Source: the human T2T-CHM13v2.0 reference genome, Homo sapiens. Taken from it: a stretch of 64,000 nucleotides of DNA. Below, piece after piece: positions 55,214 through 64,000 of the stretch. The stretch is from assembly GCF_009914755.1 (NCBI RefSeq), contig NC_060934.1; one strand, written 5' to 3'. How positions within the stretch are numbered: position 1 is the stretch's first letter; each line of letters starts with the position of its first letter. The translations under genes were made by a program, and so were the position numbers. The notes beneath the pieces were generated by a model. It was not told the origin of the DNA, made no database searches, and saw only the letters and a program-made list of their open reading frames with translations.

Positions 55214-55295
55214 GGAATCTGAAGATACTGCTCTGTTACTACTTAAAGAAATTTATCGAACAATGAACATTAGTCCAGAACAGCCCCAGCATTGA
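55214..55295 (+). CDS. SEC23IP: SEC23IP exon 18 coding part (82 nt, including TGA)
   Basis: catag|G; ESEDTALLLLKEIY...PQH*; exon continues to donor TGT|gtgagt at 55315/55316. Confidence 0.95.
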
Positions 55296-56382
55296 TCAAA
55301 CTTCAGTTTTACTGTGTGAGTTTATCCTTATTGAATGTATAAATTCTGAATGTTTGCATTCTCAAATCTGTTGTATGGAGTTGATGTTGACTGATTTTGC
55401 TTTTTTCTGTTTCCTCTGAGTTTTTGTCGTCGTTTTTAAAAATTTGCAATAGAGACATTAAGGAAGATAATTGGTTTGTAATTTACATTTCTGATTTATT
55501 ACAGTCTTCTTTCTAAATTTACATAGAATTTGAGTTATTTTTAGTTTCTTTTTAAAATAGATTCCCAAGAATATCAGTTAGGAATTCCTTTGGTTGCAGG
55601 TTCACAGAACCCAGTTTACAATACATTAAACAAATAGAGGTTTATTTTTCTTCCGTAACAAGAAGGGTTCTTCTGTTGAGTGACTCCACCAGATACCCAG
55701 AGTGCTTGCCTCTTCCCACCTGAATGTTGGCTCTTGCTGCCTCATAGTTATAAGGTGCCCCCATGGTTGCAGATACCATATCTACATTCACAACATGAAT
55801 AAGAGGGGAGAGGGTAGTACTCCTCACATCTGTCGCTCTTAATTAGGGAAGCAGAAGCTTGTCCAAAAATTTACTCATACCTATTGACTAGGCCTGTGTC
55901 TAATGTCCAATATCTCCAGTCTGTATGAAAGATTGTAGAAGTAATGTTTTGAGCATTCCCAATCTTTATAGAGGGAAAGAATAGAGAAGGAGGTTAAGTC
56001 TGTGATGGGTCAGCTGACGTGCAGCTCAGCCACACTCTGTATTCCTAACTGTCCTCCTGAGACACCAGATACCTGGTTTTCCTCACTAGATTATGCATTA
56101 CTTTTAAAAACAAGTAATGTGTTTTTTACAAAGTTAGAAATTTTAAAGGCTTTGAAAGAATCAGACACAAAATGCTGAGCTCTAAATTACTGAAATCAAA
56201 GGAAGTTCCTGCCATTTTTGGTTTTCTAATAGTAAGTGGTAAATGAACATTCCCTTCAGCCTCATCTTCTACCTCCTCGTTTTAGAGAGGTAAGTACTTT
56301 TAGTAGGGCTTCCTTAGAGAAAGTTTTTTGGCTCCATTTCCAAAATTAAACTTGTAACAAAGTAAAAGAAAACTAAAGTGTA

Positions 56383-62013
<5,631 letters not shown>

Positions 62014-62112
62014 GATTGTCTGTTCTTTTACTTCAGAAAAGACAACGATGCATGGTATTTGACTGTAAATTTGTAAAGTTCACTGAGGTTTTTTTTTTTT
62101 TTCCTTTTTAAG

Positions 62113-63670
62113 ACTTTCTTGTCTGCACAGAAAGTCCCAGTACAACTTCCATTGCTGAGAAAATCCTCAGAGGACTTTCCCACTTCGCTCCTGTGATGGA
62201 TGACAGAAGAGTGATTCATTAACAATTGCTCAGCCACAATTCTCGGATATAGGGATTCAAAAGACAGGATACAGAACTAACACAGTGAAAAAAATCAGTA
62301 CCACATTTGGACAGTATAGGTGAGAAAACATAATTATAAAAATGATGCCATGAAAAATTCCACAGATCAGTTTAGTTGTATAGTTGTCAAAGTTATATGT
62401 GATATCAATGAAGAAATATTTGTAGCATGTAAACGGTTATTTCTGTTTCTTAAAAAGTATTGTTAGTGGGCTATTAAACTTGGATTTTTCTTTTTATTAA
62501 TGCAGTATGTTCTTTTTATTCAAGTATGAACTTGTTGAGAAACTATAGTAATATGATTTTTAAGAGATTTATGTTCTACTTAAAATGTGAATTGTACTTC
62601 TGAGCTGCCTTAATGCAAGGTCATTTATATTTGTTAAGAGGAAATAATCAAGATCACTCATATCCCAACTGAATCTGAGGTTTTATAAATCCCTCAAACG
62701 ATTGCTGAGAGCCTGATTGTGGAAAGAAGTGAGATGCACCTTATTTTCAAGAAGTCCTGGGAAGCGCTCTCCTAGCACGTCCATTTCCAGGAGGAGAAGC
62801 AAGCAGATGAGAGGTTTTCCATTTTGTCATCCAAGGTAGCTGTGCACTTGCCTTGTTGCTGAAGTTCCAATAATGTGAAAACCAAAGTAGAGGTTTTTTT
62901 CTTCTTCTTTTTGTTTTCTATTAATTTCACTTATACCAAAGTGTTTGAAAGTATGAAATGTGTTGCTTCTGAGTTATATAAGGCTACTTCATGACAAGAC
63001 TGCTTTGTAATATTTCACTTTGTTTTACTACAAATTCAGATCACTTTGTTTTACTATAAATTCAGATTATCCAAATATTTTCCTAATACTATGTGGGAAT
63101 GCTGATTTTCTTTTGTTACGTAGTGGAAACATTTTGCATTGTTTACATAGTTCTCATGGAACATGGAAATTTTTTAAAGTGATATATGATACACATTTTT
63201 TGTGTATGTATTCTAATTAGTGTGAATAAAGCAGTAACATTAATGCATTTTTTAAGCAGCAAACTTATGTATTTCTCTTGTCTTCCTTAAAAGTGTCCCC
63301 ATGAACTCAGTGTTTATTCCCTTTTCATTTTGAGTACCTGCTTATATGGTCAGTATGTAACGTTAGCATTGGCTCCTAATGGTAGAATTAGAACAGCAAG
63401 ATTGTAGAGCTGTAATTGACTCCAGACAACATAGATTTCAGCCACCTCATTCTACAGCTGAGGCCAGGACAATAAATGCCTTTCCCAGACTGGGTAGTGG
63501 CAGATCTGGGATGGAATATGGTTTTCTTGATTCCCTTTCAGCCTTCATTTCTCTCTCTCAGGACTACTACTTTTTAATTACTTTTCACTTAATTTCCCAA
63601 TACTGATGAAATAAAGAAAAATGAGGGTTATTTATATACATTTCAATAAAATCCAATTTGATTTTTCAAC
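62113..63670 (+). other. SEC23IP: SEC23IP non-coding terminal exon (3'UTR); 3' end approximate
   Basis: Long poly-T tract + ttttaag| acceptor at 62112; AU-rich sequence without recognisable repeats; several AATAAA. Confidence 0.8.
63225..63650 (+). terminator. Cluster of candidate polyadenylation signals
   Basis: AATAAA at 63225, 63471, 63610, 63645; the last is followed by a T/GT-rich element (tttttgtttgtgtc). Confidence 0.65.
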
Positions 63671-63839
63671 TTACATCTGATTTTTGTTTGTGTCATTCAG
63701 CCTGTCTTCTGAGTAATGGGCAGAGAAGGACCAGGGTTCGTAGAAGAAGCATGTGGCAGCTGAGTGGCAGCAGTCTTGCCCTTTCATTTTAATACTTGAG
63801 TACACAGAAAATAGAATTTTTGAGTGACTCTGCCTGTGG

Positions 63840-63901
63840 ATATATATACTCATACATACATATATATATATACACACACACATATGTATGTATGTATGTA
63901 T
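63840..63901 (+). repeat. Compound (TA)/(CA)/(TATG) microsatellite
   Basis: Direct reading. Confidence 0.8.
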
Positions 63902-64000
63902 TACTATTCAGTCTCTTAAAAACCAAAAAACAGTAGATCCCCTGAGGGTAGAGTCTTTATGTATGAACATATTGTTCACTGTTGTAACCACCTTGCAGGA

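Overview
Primate (almost certainly human) genomic DNA containing the complete + strand SEC23IP (p125/iPLA1beta) gene. I reconstructed 18 coding exons from GT-AG junctions; their phases chain into a 3003-nt ORF (1000 aa; Pro-rich N-terminus, WWE-like region, GHSLG lipase motif, SAM, DDHD), followed by a non-coding last exon spliced 20 nt after the stop. The gene has a CpG-island promoter at about 13.9-14.6 kb. Upstream lies a defective, co-oriented ERV9/LTR12-family provirus (5232-12399) nested in an older LTR. Most of the rest is Alu, MaLR and DNA-transposon repeats, and most entries in the ORF track are Alu artefacts. I see no new protein-coding system. The most unusual signals are: (1) the provirus is chimeric, with a GA-rich tract and a condensed second RT/RNase H relic from a different ERV replacing integrase and env SU; (2) its 3' LTR is intact, CCAAT-rich and CpG-retaining and points at SEC23IP from about 1.9 kb upstream; (3) a higher-order CCTAGG minisatellite sits at the edge of the CpG island; (4) smaller items: a SPRE-like RNA motif, a 50-bp templated insertion, a telomere-like G4 inside an Alu, a NAGNAG acceptor and a candidate poison exon. 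Repeat subfamily names and repeat boundaries are by eye and approximate.
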